Under the pieces are notes generated by a model, which ran no database searches, had not been told where the DNA came from, and worked only from the letters and a program-made list of their open reading frames with translations. DNA of 64,000 bases from Paraspadella gotoi. Its lineage: Eukaryota; Animalia; Chaetognatha. Where the stretch lies: contig CM119266.1 in assembly GCA_051294375.1 (NCBI GenBank), positions 3,228,030 to 3,292,029 on the forward strand, written 5' to 3'. Shown here piece after piece: positions 1-13,506 of the stretch (position 1 is its first letter; each line of letters opens with the position of its first letter). Position numbers and translations under genes: made by a program.

Positions 1-544
1 CGAAAGCGAATCCCGATTTATTTTCTTGAGTATCGATACCAGCCCAGACCCTTCACCTGCCCTTCCTCCCTTCCCAATCCCCTCCTCCATCCAACCTCTC
101 TCCCCTCTTCCTCTATCTTTCCCACGCCACCCCCCTTTCCTCCCTTCCAACCCCCTCTCTCCAATCCATCTCTCTCCCCTCTTCCATCATCTTTCTCCCC
201 CGACCTCCTCTAAGCCTCCTCTCCAATCCCCTCCTCCACCTCTCTCCCCTCCCTCATATCTTTCCCACCCTAATAAACATCTCTCTCTATTTTTTTTTTT
301 TTTGAGGCGAGAATCGAATTTTTCTCTGACTCTTTCTCTTCACTGAGGATGAGTTTTTAGTTAGGCTGCGAGTACTTAAGTCTTTAAGTCACTTTTCGGT
401 CGATCGGTCGATTGGTCTGTACTACTTATATTTACTTATATAAAATTGAACCATATTAATTAATACTTGGTAGATGGGTTGTATATAAAAAAGTTTATTT
501 TTGTAAAATTATGAAAATTTTTACAATTTAACTATTTAAGAATA

Positions 545-686
545 TAGTTATGAAATTGATACAACCAATATAAAAATTATCCATTAATTTAATAAATAAG
601 CTTTGGATTTGGTGGTTTAATGCCTCAATCATTCTTACAAGCTTTCAATCAAGACTCTCCAAGTCTCGTTTATTCACTCCCAGAGT
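545..686 (+). mobile_element. Dispersed repeat family A (about 150-200 bp), copy 1
   Basis: Shares atgaaattg..accaatataaaaattatccatt..ggtggtttaa..aagctttcaatcaagactctc..tctcgtttattcactcccagagt with the copies at 18210, 35535 and 38130 (minus). Confidence 0.8.
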
Positions 687-1241
687 TCCTGGCGACCCTA
701 TCAATGCATATAATTACAAAATCAATAAAGTTTATTTTTTCTGACAATTTATATTTTACTTAAAAACCTCTAAGCTGCTTGTTTTATAATATGTTATACA
801 TATATTTCAAATTTATATAATCATATGATCATTTAAGAAATTTACTGCGACGCCACACCTTGAACTTGCCTTTCTTGTTTTTCACTCAGGAAATTAGTCA
901 GTTCGTTAGCTATTTGCATATAGAACGCTACATTCTTACTCGTAAATAACTAATAATATTTTCTTTGCTAAAAATAAACTAATTTTTTAAACCAAAGTAA
1001 TTCGCCTGGGAATGGAAAAGTCGGAAAGGAAAAGTCAAAATACTTTTTTCTCACGAAATTCGTGAAGAAAGAAAAAAAAATAGAGAAGTTTTGCAGAAAA
1101 GAAAAGAAGACTTGTTCTCACGAGTTCCTCCCCCACCTTTCACCCACTTACCCACTTCTTCAATGACCAAATTGGATCTTGAAAGAATGGAAAGGTTTTT
1201 TTTTAGTGAAGAAGAAAAAAATGCGCTCTCTCCATCTTCTC

Positions 1242-1362
<121 letters not shown>

Positions 1363-2246
1363 CTCTCTCTCTCTCTCTCCTCTCCCTCTTCCCCACAAGA
1401 GGAAATGAAAAGAACAAGACGGATTCGCCTGCGTTTCCTCTGCTTTCCAATCCCTGTTTGGAGAGACGTCATCGGGTGCGCGGCGCGGCGGCGGCGGCGG
1501 CCGGCGGCGGACGCGCGCGGCGCGGCGGCGCGGCGGCACGGCGCTTCCGCCAAGTGGCAGCGCCCTGTCGATTCGATGGAACGATGGAACCGATGGATGG
1601 CAAGCCAATTTCGTCTTTTTGTTTTAAACTAATGCCCGCCCGGCTAATCGCATTACGGACCGAAGAAAACTTACTGTGTTGAAAAAAAAATGGGGAAAAT
1701 AGGAAAAGGAAGAGAAGAGAGGGAGGGAGAGGGGAGAAGAGAAGAGAGAGAAAGAGAGAAGAGAGAGAGGAGAGAGAGAGAGAGAAGGGAGGAGGAGAGA
1801 AAATATGAAAGTTAAAGTTAAATACTAGAATAGCAACTCGATAATGTTTTTATGTTATATTTACATAGGATTACAATGACTTCTCAATGGAAGATTCGTA
1901 TTGTCGCATTGTTTGATTGTAACAATTGTTAATAAAGTGAATCATATACGCATTATAACTAAAGACATTCTCTATGTAATGCTGTGGTGGGATCGTTAGA
2001 GTTATGACCCACGTTTATTTATCGTTCGGTAATGAATGATAAAACGTTTTGATCCTTACAACTTTTACTCTTAAATGTACTATAGTTGTTCATTCAACAT
2101 AAAAAAATAATAATTCGCGTCCCTCTTAGCTATACGTATTGTTGTACACTAAATTTATTTTTAGGCGCCTAAGTGACTAAGTGTAGTTTGCCTGAAGTGA
2201 CGGCTTGGAAGACAACGACGACGACAATAATGTTGAAGAAAGAGAA

Positions 2247-2288
<42 letters not shown>

Positions 2289-2428
2289 GAGAGAGAACCG
2301 TGACCTCGGAGTAAAAGGCGCTCAAAAAACCCAAAAAGGTTCTTTTTTAAGTATTGAGTCAGGGATTGACTTTAAAATGGTAAGGTTCTACAAGGAAAAG
2401 AAATGCGATGACATCAGCAACGACAACA

Positions 2429-2442
2429 GTTTCCATGACAAC
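2429..2442. promoter_or_regulatory. RFX X-box-like motif GTTTCCATGACAAC
   Basis: Fits the X-box consensus GTHNYYATRRNAAC; no linked gene identified. Confidence 0.3.
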
Positions 2443-2671
2443 GAATGAGTCGTGAGACAAACGAATTAAATTTTTGTGTCATGTACATTCGTACGTTCGT
2501 ACAAAGGATTCAGAACAGAGAAAGGAAATGAGATTTCGGTCAAAGCGATATTTTAGATGAAAATTAGAATACAGTGATTCTTCGTCGAAGCGGAAAATTA
2601 AGTGACGAAACAGTGATAATAATAAATGGGTTTTAGGTATTAGGTTTTTTCATGGACGACCCCTTCAGGCC

Positions 2672-4150
2672 CTTCACCGCTGCTTTTTTCCATTCACAGT
2701 TTCACTGCTGGTTTTTTCCATTCAGCAGTTTCAGCGCTGCTTTTTTCCATTGCACATCACGCTGTTTATCATTCACCGCCGTGGTTTTTTTCCTTCACAG
2801 TTTCAACCGCTGCTTTTCTCCATTCAGCCTGCCACAGTGCTCACTGCACTGGGTTTTACTCTCCATTCACAGTTTTCACCGCTGCCTTTTTCCATTCAAC
2901 AGTTTCACCGCTGGTTTTTTCCAATTCACAGTTTCATCACGCTGCTTTTTTCCATTCACAGTTTCACTTGCTGGTTTTTTCCATTCACAGTTTCACCGCT
3001 GGCTTTTTTCCATTCACCAGTTCCACCGCTGGGTTTTTTCCATTCACAGTTTGCACCGCTGCTATTTTCCATTCACAGTTTCACCGCCGGCTGGTTTTTC
3101 GCATTCACAGTTTCACCGCTGCGCTATTTTCCATTCACAGTTTACCCTGGTTTTTTCCAATTCACAGTCACCACTAGCTTTTTCCATTCACAAGTTTCAC
3201 TGCTGGTTTTTTTCCATTCACAGTTGTCACGCTGCCTGTTTTTCCATTCACAGTTTCACACCGCTGGTGTTTTTCATTCACAGTTTCAGCCGCTGTGCTC
3301 TTTTTCCATTCACAGTTTACCCCGTTCCTTCCAGTTCTTGCTGTTTTTCCATTCACAGTTTTCACCGCTGCTTTTTACCACTCAGCAGTTACGCGGCTGT
3401 TTTTTTCCAATTCACAGTTTCAGTTCCTGCCCTATTCAGTTCTCCGCTAATTTCACAGTTTCACGCTGCTGGTTCTTTTTACCAATCTCAGACCACGTTT
3501 CACCCGCTGCGTTTTTATTCGCACTCTTCATTACAACAGTTTCAATCCGCTGCTATTTTCCATTCAGCAGTTTCACGCTGGTTTTTTCAATCCAGCCAGT
3601 TTCACCACTGGCTTTTTTTCCATTCACAGTTTCACTGCCTGGGTTTTTTCCATTCACAGTTTCACCGCTGCTTATTTTTCCATTTCACAGTTTCACCCTG
3701 TGTGTTTTTCCATCACGAGCTTCACGCCGGCTCGGCTTTTTTTCCATTCACAGTTTTCAAGCTGCGCTAGTTTTTTCCACATTCACAGTTTCACTGCGCG
3801 TGTTTTTTCCATTCACAAGTTTTCACGCTGCTTTTTTCCATTGCACACTTTGCACCGCTGCGTCCGTTTTTTCCATCACAGTCACCGCTGCTTTTTTCCA
3901 TTCACAGTTTCACCTGGGTTTCTACGAGTTTACCTGTTTCCATTCCACATTTCACCGCCTGGTTTTTTCCATTTCACACAAGTTCTCACCACCTGTTTTT
4001 TCCATTCACAGTTTCAGCAGAACGGCTGCTGTTTTTCGCATTCAAGTTTCAGCCGGCTGCTGTTTTTCCATCACGCAGTTTTGCACNNNNNNNNNNNNNN
4101 NNNNNNNNNNNACCGCTGCTTTTTTCCATTCACAGTTTCACTGCTGGTTT
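2672..4150. repeat. Satellite array, about 28-bp unit (ccattcacagtttcaccgctgctttttt)
   Basis: Tandem periodicity of about 28 nt is directly visible. It accounts for the FFHSQFHRC/FPFTVSP/FSIHSF ORFs. Confidence 0.95.
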
Positions 4151-6660
4151 TCCTTTTAACAACTCGGGTTTCTCTTTCACAAGCGTAAAAAAAAAAGCTT
4201 CAATCTCGCAAAAAAAAACNNNNNNNNNNNNNNNNNNNNNNNNNNNNNNNNNNNNNNNNNNNNNNNNNNNNNNNNNNNNNNNNNNNNNNNNNNNNNNNNN
4301 NNNNNNNNNNNNNNNNNNNNNNNNNNNNNNNNNNNNNNNNNNNNNNNNNNNNNNNNNNNNNNNNNNNNNNNNNNNNNNNNNNNNNNNNNNNNNNNNNNNN
4401 NNNNNNNNNNNNNNNNNNNNNNNNNNNNNNNNNNNNNNNNNNNNNNNNNNNNNNNNNNNNNNNNNNNNNNNNNNNNAGAGAGAGAGGGGGAGAGAAAGGG
4501 ATAGAAAGAGAGAGCACAAGGGTTTAAAGAGGCTTTTGTGAAAGGGCTTCCCACAGCCTTTTTGCAAATGGGGAAAAAAACTCAATGTGAAAGATGGAAA
4601 AAAAACTGATCCTCATCCTCTCGTCCCTGCCCCTCGCCGAGAGGATCGTCTTTCAGTCCACTCTCGGGTTCTCGTGTTCTCTATTTCTTCTTTTCTAATA
4701 CTATCGCCTAGGATTTTCTTCAATAAGACTACCGTTGCGAATGATAAGTCTTCTCTTCAGTGAGCGCCCAATTTTTGTTGCTCGAACATATTAACTCACA
4801 CGCGAATAACCGCCCTAGGAGTGCTCTCCCAGACTGACTAAACAGAACGCGGCAGCAAAAAATGCCATGTATATCCGAAACAAAGAATTTAAATGAAGAA
4901 GAAAAAAAAGAAAATTCTATATAATTTTCGCGAATTTTTTTGACAAAAAAAAACTTTTCGTAAGCCTCATTAAATTTTTTTGAGTTGTCCTATAGATTTG
5001 GAATGGATTGCGAGCGATTGCTCTTACACTGGCGGGGAAAAAATGTAAGAACTAAAAAATCAGCTTCTTTCAATCTGATACGTATGTTTTCGTTCATGTA
5101 ATCTAGTACGATCTTTTTTTTTGCTTTCTTTCATAAAATGATTGTTTTTCCGATTTTCGTGTCATCGCCACATACACGACTTTCGATTAACTCGCTTCGC
5201 GATTCACGGTCGAATGAGCACATTATTCGAATCGTCGTCTCCTCTCCGGTTCCCTAGGATCATCGCAAAACGAGTGACCTTGCACGATCACATTTCAGAC
5301 TCGTTCTTTCCACCTCTCTCCTCCGCAATGAACAATTTTTTTCTTCAAAAAATACTAATAGTGAATATAATAATGTGAACTAAACTATACACACTTTAAG
5401 AGACTTAAAGCGAAACAAAAGATCTTCCTCTGACGTCGATTATTATTTTCTTTTTTCGTTTCGACGATAAAAGAATCTAAGTCAAACCTAGGCGCCGGAA
5501 GTTAAGAAAAGACCCATTTATGTTCTGAATAATAATTCCAATTCATAAATATGACTTGAAGTTGGCTATCGCCGCTCTCGTACATCCGGAATCGCGTGAT
5601 CTTTTTCTCTCGCCGTCCCCACAGAATCTCGCACCCCTCAAAAAAAAACAACAAAGAACAAATAAGTCGAAATTCTAAAAATAAATGATTTAACAAAAAT
5701 AGTTGACGATTGAAATTTTTAGAGAGTCGATCGCAGTTTAACAAAAACCTATGCTATTTTTTGTTTCTTGTGTGTTCCGATGACCAACCGGTCAATCACC
5801 TTCGGCGCCAACTCACAGGATTCTTGGCGGATCTTTTTCTACGATTAATGCTACATAATGCTTTTCGCGTTTCCCAACTTCGTCCTCTCTTTCTGTCTCT
5901 CTCTTCCTTCTCTTTCTTCTCTCCTCTCTCTACTCTCTTCCTTGGTTTAATCTATCGCGCAAGTTCGTTTGAAAGATTCGAAAACTTTTCAAGGTTTTTA
6001 CGAAGAAACAATACACACTAACGACGAATAAGACTTTTCCCGACAGACTTTCCCGTAAACACACCTAAAGAATCTCCCAAATCTGATTGCCTCCATTTTC
6101 TCGGCGAATTCCCTCCAGCTTAGAGAGAAGGTCGAAAGGATGAGAGGAATTACTGCAGCGTCTCGCGAGTCGTTACCCCGGTAGCAGCGAGTGACGCATC
6201 TTCGCGCAAATTTGTGTAGTTGTTGTTGTTGTTTTCCCCCCCACTTCTTCTCTATTATGAAGTCATTGACTACTCGAATTCCGGCGCGACTGTTGAAAGT
6301 ACGCACCCGCTTTTTTTTATTTTAAGATTGCACTCCATACATATATCAGAGAAATTATATCAGACTACGAGATACAGCTCAAAACTCCTAATAAGTGAGA
6401 TTAAACATAATAGACTTAATTTTGATTATAAAACACTTTTCTAAAGCCTCCGCACCTATTAAAGATTCATCTTACTTCTGTGAAATCTTCAGGTTATTAT
6501 TAAAGTACCATATTTCTGTCTTTACGTTTCCGTTTAGTCATCATATCACGTACAATTTATAATAATTTTATTAAACATTGCACTTTTCTTATAATATTGC
6601 AAAAAAATGACGAAATTAAATATACCAGTTTTGTGTCTAAGCTAACACTGAAATAACAAT

Positions 6661-8530
6661 ATGGCTAGTATATCACAAATATATAATAATGGTCATTGCT
6701 TTCCAAAGGGGCTGAGTAACTTTAAGAACAGTTTGGCATTACGAATGGTCTCACGTGCAAACAGTATCTAAATAAATGAAAGAAGAAAAGAAGAAAACTG
6801 ATTAAACACAACACAGCGATTAACTCCAACACAAGCAATCAGCAACAGTAAAGCAACAGAATTTATACAAGCTCCTATATCACAAACTTTGCTTTGGTTC
6901 ATCTGGCACTTTCAAAGGGACCAAGCTATCACTGCAAAGAGTATGTCAATCAGAGCTAAATGCGGCTGAACCAGAGTTTGAAATTGTATTAATATGACAT
7001 TACGACCCAGTGCTAATTAGCATATGTAATTATTGAAAAGTCAAAATTGGGGAGACAGAATTTAGGTTTGTTCAGACAGACTGGGAAGACCAATAAAGGT
7101 GGTGCGAAACAAAGGATCAAGGATCCAACTAGTAGATAAATGAAGCTACTAGCCATGATATGAAAAGCGTTCGCTAAAAAAAGAGAAAGAAAAGGTGAAC
7201 TGTCTAGCAAGTGTGACAACCACTAAAAGAATTTCGAAGAGCAACAAAACTTGTGTACAGAAGGGATTAGGTTTAATATAGTACAGGCACTCTCAAAACC
7301 ACACAAAATCCTAATCTTTCAAACATCTAATTAAACATTTTCCTCTAGCCTTATTGATGGCAAATGAAACAAGCAATATTTGACCAACTGCCACAGAGAA
7401 GTTAGAGTGCATGTAGAAGACAAATTCTTGGCAGTGCAACATAGCGAGGCTAGCATCCAGTACAAGCACTGATGAGTTGCTTTATTGTTGTTGAATTATG
7501 TTGTATAAAATGAAAGAAATTGATGAGTCTAACTATGCTGGGCACTGGGAGTGCAGCAATTGTAAAAGTGAGTATGATGTGGAGGGCTCTCAAGAATTAG
7601 TTTACTGGAATTCATACGTCGTGTCGGACACCGGCATTCACAATCAGTGCACAATAGAGGAGCTCATGAGGCAAGCTTTCATCGGTACCGAGACTGAGAG
7701 ACCAGGTGATTGCTCTGGAACAAACCCTGAAAGAAAATGGACGTGTTCATAGGCTCCTCCTCATAATAGAATAGAACGATAAGGCACACTTCAGCAATTA
7801 GTTGTTTCCAAGGCAATAATTGTCAGAGGGCCTGAATCTGCATTCGTGTGAATTGCGACCAGCGAGACGTATCCAACAGTGCACACATGCACATTTTCGT
7901 TCATTAAAGACAGCGCAACCAAGATTTTTGGCAGCTACATTCAATTTGATTCATGGAGAAAGAATAACCGCCACTTTCATGATCAATTGATGAGTCATTA
8001 GACTATGAACCAGATTTTGGATTTTTGATAAATTTGATTCAAAATTACCCTATGAGGGAAAATGCTCCATTCTTCATTGAAATCTTATAAATATGTCTAG
8101 GAATTCATACATTTTGCCTGAAAAGTGAAATTCAGCTGTATCTTGATATGGAATTGAGATGGATATCCCAAATACTTGAGGGATGATAGAAAGTTTGCTC
8201 TAAATTTTGGCATGCTGCTAACCGCATCGTTTGTAGATGAAGTTTATTTAATCTTATTCTTTAGCTTGCTTTACCAGCATAGTTTTGTTTTTGTAATATG
8301 TTTTTATTGTTAAGTGGAAGGATGTCTGCCTGGACTCTCCTTCCATGTGCCGATCATACGCCAGGCACCAAGCCTGTTTCACAACGACAAAGATCACCTC
8401 TAAAAGCCTAAAATGCGTTGGTTGAATTTTGTGTCATTGCATGGTATTGATATGATTGTGACTACATAAAAAATGCGCCATAGTAAGGTGATGGTCTTGG
8501 GCTAACATGTAGCTTTTGGTGCGCTGGAAT
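6661..8530 (+). pseudogene. Frameshifted, intronless ubiquitin-specific protease (peptidase C19)-like sequence
   Basis: Motif-like segments occur in USP order: KGLSNFKNS (Cys-box-like, 6706-6732), Q..STDELL/LLLNY (QQD-box-like, about 7458-7500), CSNC and CTIEELMRQAF..E (ORF 7498-7752), KAIIVRGPES (about 7810-7840), VSLHG..YI..WSWAN (His-box-like, 8431-8506). The catalytic Cys and His can only be read by assuming indels. Confidence 0.5.
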
Positions 8531-8774
8531 ATGTTATAGTCAATCACCAAATCTCTGGCCGAACCCTAGAAAATTAAAAAAAGAAAAGAATAAAGAAGAA
8601 TTATAGTTGTTTTTTTAATTTTATTTGTATTCATCGTTTGCTTTTTTACCGCTGATGATTTATATTTGCTTGAAGTACAAGAGCTTTCTAAGTAGATCAT
8701 TATGTTTTTTCTAAATGCTGAATTAAATTAATGGACTTCTTGTATTTTTTTTTATTTTTCTATTTTTCTAACAT

Positions 8775-9790
8775 TTTCATCAGCGCTGCTTTTTTCCATT
8801 CAAGTTTCAGCTGGCTGGGTTTTTTCCATTCAAGTTTGACGTGTTCTTTCATTCACAGTTCACTGCTGCTTTTTTCCATTCACAGTTCACTGCTGGTTTT
8901 TTCCATTCACAGTTTCAACCGTGCTTTGTCCATTCAGCAGTTTCACTGCTGGTTTTTTCCATTCACGAGTTTCAGCGCTGCTTTTTTTCCATTCACAGTT
9001 ACTGCTGGTTTTTTTCAAATTCACATTTAACACTGGCTGGTTTTTTCCAATTCACAGTTTTACGCTGCTTTCATTCACAGTTCACTGCTGGTTTTTTCCA
9101 TCACAATTCACGCTGCTTTTTTTTCCATTACAAGTTTAACTGCTGGTTTTTTACATTCAAGTTTTACCGCTGCTTTTTTTCTTGCACGTTTCAACACCGC
9201 TATGCTTTTCCATTCAAGTGTTCACTGGTGGTTTTTTCCATTCACGGTTTAGAACCGCTGCTTTTTCATTCCAGTTTACTGTGGTTTTTTTTCCATTCCA
9301 TTATCACCGCTGCTTTTTTCCATTAATAGTTCATGCTGTTTTTTCCATTACACAGTTTCACCGCTGCTTTTTTCTCAAACAGTTTCAGTGCTGCTATTTT
9401 TTCCATCACAGTTTCACTGCTGTTTTTCATTCACTAGTTTACTGTGGTTTTTCATTCACAGTTTCACCGCTGCTTTTTCCATCACAGTGTTAACAGCTCT
9501 TTTTTCCATTAAGCAGTTTCCCCGCTGCTTTTTTCCATTCACAGTTTACCGCTCTTTTTCATTAAAGGTTTTCACCCGCTGTTATATTATTTCTTCACAG
9601 ATGTCACGTGGGTTCTATTGGAATAAGAGCGAATTCATGCACTTTGGAAGAAACCGGCTGTTTTTTCCTTTCATCAGTTTTTACGCTGCTTTTTTCATAT
9701 CACAGTTTATCAACCGACTGCTTTTTTCCATTCACTCGAGTTTCCACCGCTGCTTTTTGTCCAATTCCACAGTTTCACGCTGTCTGGTTT
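8775..9790. repeat. Second array of the same 28-bp satellite, same orientation
   Basis: Same unit as 2672-4150. Its 3' flank (aacaatcgaggttttcgtctt..aagctgtaaaaa) resembles the flank at 4158-4215. Confidence 0.93.
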
Positions 9791-11886
9791 CGCTGTTAGT
9801 TTAAACAATCGAGGTTTTCGTCTTATCGAAGCTGTAAAAAGAAAAAGGCTGTATCATCGAAAAAATAAGAAACGCCGTGTTTACGTATTTTTGAAACGGA
9901 AGGGCAGGGGAAAAGAGAGAGAGAGAGGAGAGAGGGAAGAGAGACGGGGAGAGAAGGGATATGAAAGAGAGAGGAGAAGAGGAAGGGAAGAGAGAGAGGG
10001 GGTAAGAAAGGATAAGAAGGAGAGAAGAGAGAGAGGGAGAGAGAAAGAGGGAAGAAAGGGATAAGAAAGGAGGAGAAGGAGAAGAGAGGGAGGAGGAGAG
10101 AGAGAGAGAGAGAGAGAGATAGTAATAACAAGAAAAGTATCAAGATTAAATAAATAAATTTTTAAAGTTGTATTTCAAATCAAAAGTAATATAAGTCTTT
10201 GTCGATCATAACAGGAGTCAAGCTGATAATAGATAAAAGGATTGTAGAACAATAAGACATCATTGTATCTAAGTGTTAAATTAAAATCAATACAGGCTTA
10301 AACTGAACTAATGAATTTTATTATCAACCGACAAACTGTCACAGGATTTTTGACGTAAAATTGCAACAATTGGTACATAATGGCGTAAAATAAACAAATA
10401 TCAAAGTCGGTACGTGTTTTTTGATAATTCGGTATTTTCTTGTGGTAATATTGATAGTAGAGAGTAAAAAATAAATAGGAAAAAAATATAGAGAGAAAAC
10501 ATTGCGAAAAATTCTTTCTTTTCCTTGTGTTTAGGAATAAATAAGATTAAAGACGAAATTGTCAAAATTGTCAAAATAAAATGAATCGTTGATGTAAAAA
10601 GACTTCGTCTTTCATCCCATTTATTTAAAGAGAAAACAATATTAAAATTTTGATTGAGAGTAAAATAAACAAAAAGGTTTGAATATTTCATTTTGAGAAA
10701 ACTGAGCGCCAAGCCCTTTGTAACCCTTATTAACACGTATCGAAAAATTGATAATATCTTTTATTGTCTGACCATTTTATTAAAATAAAAAGAAATTTTA
10801 GAAAGCATACATTGTACAGAAACAAAAAAAAATTCATTCAAAAAACACATTCAACATTAAAAACGAGACTGCTAACGGGAAAACGTTGACAGTCTCGCCA
10901 GCGATTAGTGTGATTATCTCCTGTTTGTAGTTCTGTTACTAACAGTGTTAGACCTCTTTCGCAATTGCGTTAAAGCCAATCAAAGCTACGAAAAAGAGAC
11001 CGGCTTCCACCTTCCAAAATAAGGAATTAGGTTTTAAAAAGAATAAAGTGGCTTTTACCACCAAAATCCTCATGTCTTTTAATCCTTTATGCTTGGCGGA
11101 GAAAACAAGCAAAGGACAAAGTTCATCCAAAAATGAAAGCAACAAAAGTAAATGTCATAGGTCGTCATCTATCTCTCTCTGTCTCTCTGTCTCTCTCTCT
11201 CTCTCTCTCTCNNNNNNNNNNNNNNNNNNNNNNNNNNNNNNNNNNNNNNNNNNNNNNNNNNNNNNNNNNNNNNNNNNNNNNNNNNNNNNNNNNNNNNNNN
11301 NNNNNNNNNNNNNNNNNNNNNNNNNNNNNNNNNNNNNNNNNNNNNNNNNNNNNNNNNNNNNNNNNNNNNNNNNNNNNNNNNNNNNNNNNNNNNNNNNNNN
11401 NNNNNNNNNNNNNNNNNNNNNNNNNNNNNNNNNNNNNNNNNNNNNNGCGCTCAGAGTCTCCTGGGGAGAATAATCCGCATCGAGGGAGCGATTTTGGGAA
11501 AGTGAAGAAAAAACAAAAGGGAAATTGGATTCGAGGGTCAAGAATGGAGACGCGGAGGCCGAGACGGGGAGAGAGCGGGACGGAGAAGCAGACAGAGAGC
11601 GAGACATGGATTAAAAGAAACAAATTTCGNNNNNNNNNNNNNNNNNNNNNNNNNNNNNNNNNNNNNNNNNNNNNNNNNNNNNNNNNNNNNNNNNNNNNNN
11701 NNNNNNNNNNNNNNNNNNNNNNNNNNNNNNNNNNNNNNNNNNNNNNNNNNNNNNNNNNNNNNNNNNNNNNNNNNNNNNNNNNNNNNNNNNNNNNNNNNNN
11801 NNNNNNNNNNNNNNNNNNNNNNNNNNNNNNNNNNNNNNNNNNNNNNNNNNNNNNNNNNNNNNNNNNNNNNNNNNNNNNNNNNNNNN

Positions 11887-11918
<32 letters not shown>

Positions 11919-12042
11919 ACAGACGGACAGATTCGTCGCCTGGAGACTCCGTCGGCGCCAAACGAATCATTTTTTGCTTATGAATACAAAAAAAGTATTT
12001 CTCTCTTATATTTCCTTCTCATTTGTTATTTTTGTCGGAATT

Positions 12043-12447
12043 TTATTGCGTCCGCCTTTTTTTGCGTCGGCCTCTTTTGCGTCGGCCTCTTTTGCGTCGG
12101 CCTTTTTTGCGTCGGCCTCTTTTGTGTCGGCCTTTTTTGCGTCGGCCTTTTTTNNNNNNNNNNNNNNNNNNNNNNNNNNNNNNNNNNNNNNNNNNNNNNN
12201 NNNNNNNNNNNNNNNNNNNNNNNNNNNNNNNNNNNNNNNNNNNNNNNNNNNNNNNNNNNNNNNNNNNNNNNNNNNNNNNNNNNNNNNNNNNNNNNNNNNN
12301 NNNNNNNNNNNNNNNNNNNNNNNNNNNNNNNNNNNNNNNNNNNNNNNNNNNNNNNNNNNNNNNNNNNNNNNNNNNNNNNNNNNNNNNNNNNNNNNNNNNN
12401 NGCCTCTTTTGCGTCGGCCTCTTTTGCGTCGGCCTTTTTTGTGTCGG
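12043..12447. repeat. 15-bp minisatellite (ttttgcgtcggcctc/t) spanning a gap
   Basis: Tandem units are visible on both sides of the N-run. Confidence 0.9.
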
Positions 12448-12651
12448 TCATTCGTTATCCTCGAATATCGTTCCGTCATCTTTTTATCGTTTCCCGCCAA
12501 GCATTGGTAAGAACCAATCATCGTAGTTATCGCTTTTCCCAATTGCTTGGTTTTGGAAGAAGTTATATATCTCTGGTGAGGAGTAGCGAATTGATTTTCC
12601 TAGTTTGTGGAGCGTATCGATTATTAAGCGAATAAATAAAAAATATAAATA

Positions 12652-12694
<43 letters not shown>

Positions 12695-12699
12695 ATATA

Positions 12700-12754
<55 letters not shown>

Positions 12755-13472
12755 ATATATATATAGCCTTTGCCATTGGCACTTTTACCGAGAAACCTCC
12801 CAAACTCGAAATAATANNNNNNNNNNNNNNNNNNNNNNNNNNNNNNNNNNNNNNNNNNNNNNNNNNNNNNNNNNNNNNNNNNNNNNNNNNNNNNNNNNNT
12901 CTTTGGTTACAAAGCAGACGTTTTTAGTCAATGTGGAAGGGACATGTTACCGGTTACTTTAATTGCCTTTTTACCTCGTCGGTGCCAGGGTGTTCACTAT
13001 CTACAAATAAATATCTGCGTCTACAATTAATAAATTCTTTTTGAAATCTGCAAAAAATATTTGAAAAAAAAAATCACATGTGTGTATAAAAAATAATTAA
13101 ATTGATTACTAGGTAAATGAATAAATCAAATATGCTTAATAATTTTGTAGTTAGAAGCGAGAATTTAACATAGCGTAAAGTTAACAAACGTTGTCAGAGA
13201 TCTAAGTCAGAACTAACATTGAAATAAACGTACAATCGTACATAATAAGAATTAATCAATGAAATCAAGCTCCATCAACCCAGTCAATAAGAAATCCCCG
13301 ATTTTTGTTTTTCTTTACTTTTATTTCTGAGTTTAGCCGCCAAACGCCGCCACCGGTCACTGCTAGTCTGCTACTGTTCTCTCTTTTGCATAAATCAACA
13401 CAATGGAAGCGTCGAATCCTAAGAGGGGCTTCGCCTCCAGCATCAGGTAAGGAGTGCGTGATGCGAGTAAGT

Positions 13473-13506
<34 letters not shown>

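Noticed and set aside
2652-4188. Long ORFs of 372 and 469 aa (FFHSQFHRC repeats)
   Set aside because: They are translations of the stop-poor 28-bp satellite and are open in several frames at once.
2672-9790. CRISPR-like appearance of 28-bp repeats
   Set aside because: The units are head-to-tail with no unique spacers, there are no cas genes, and the context is eukaryotic.
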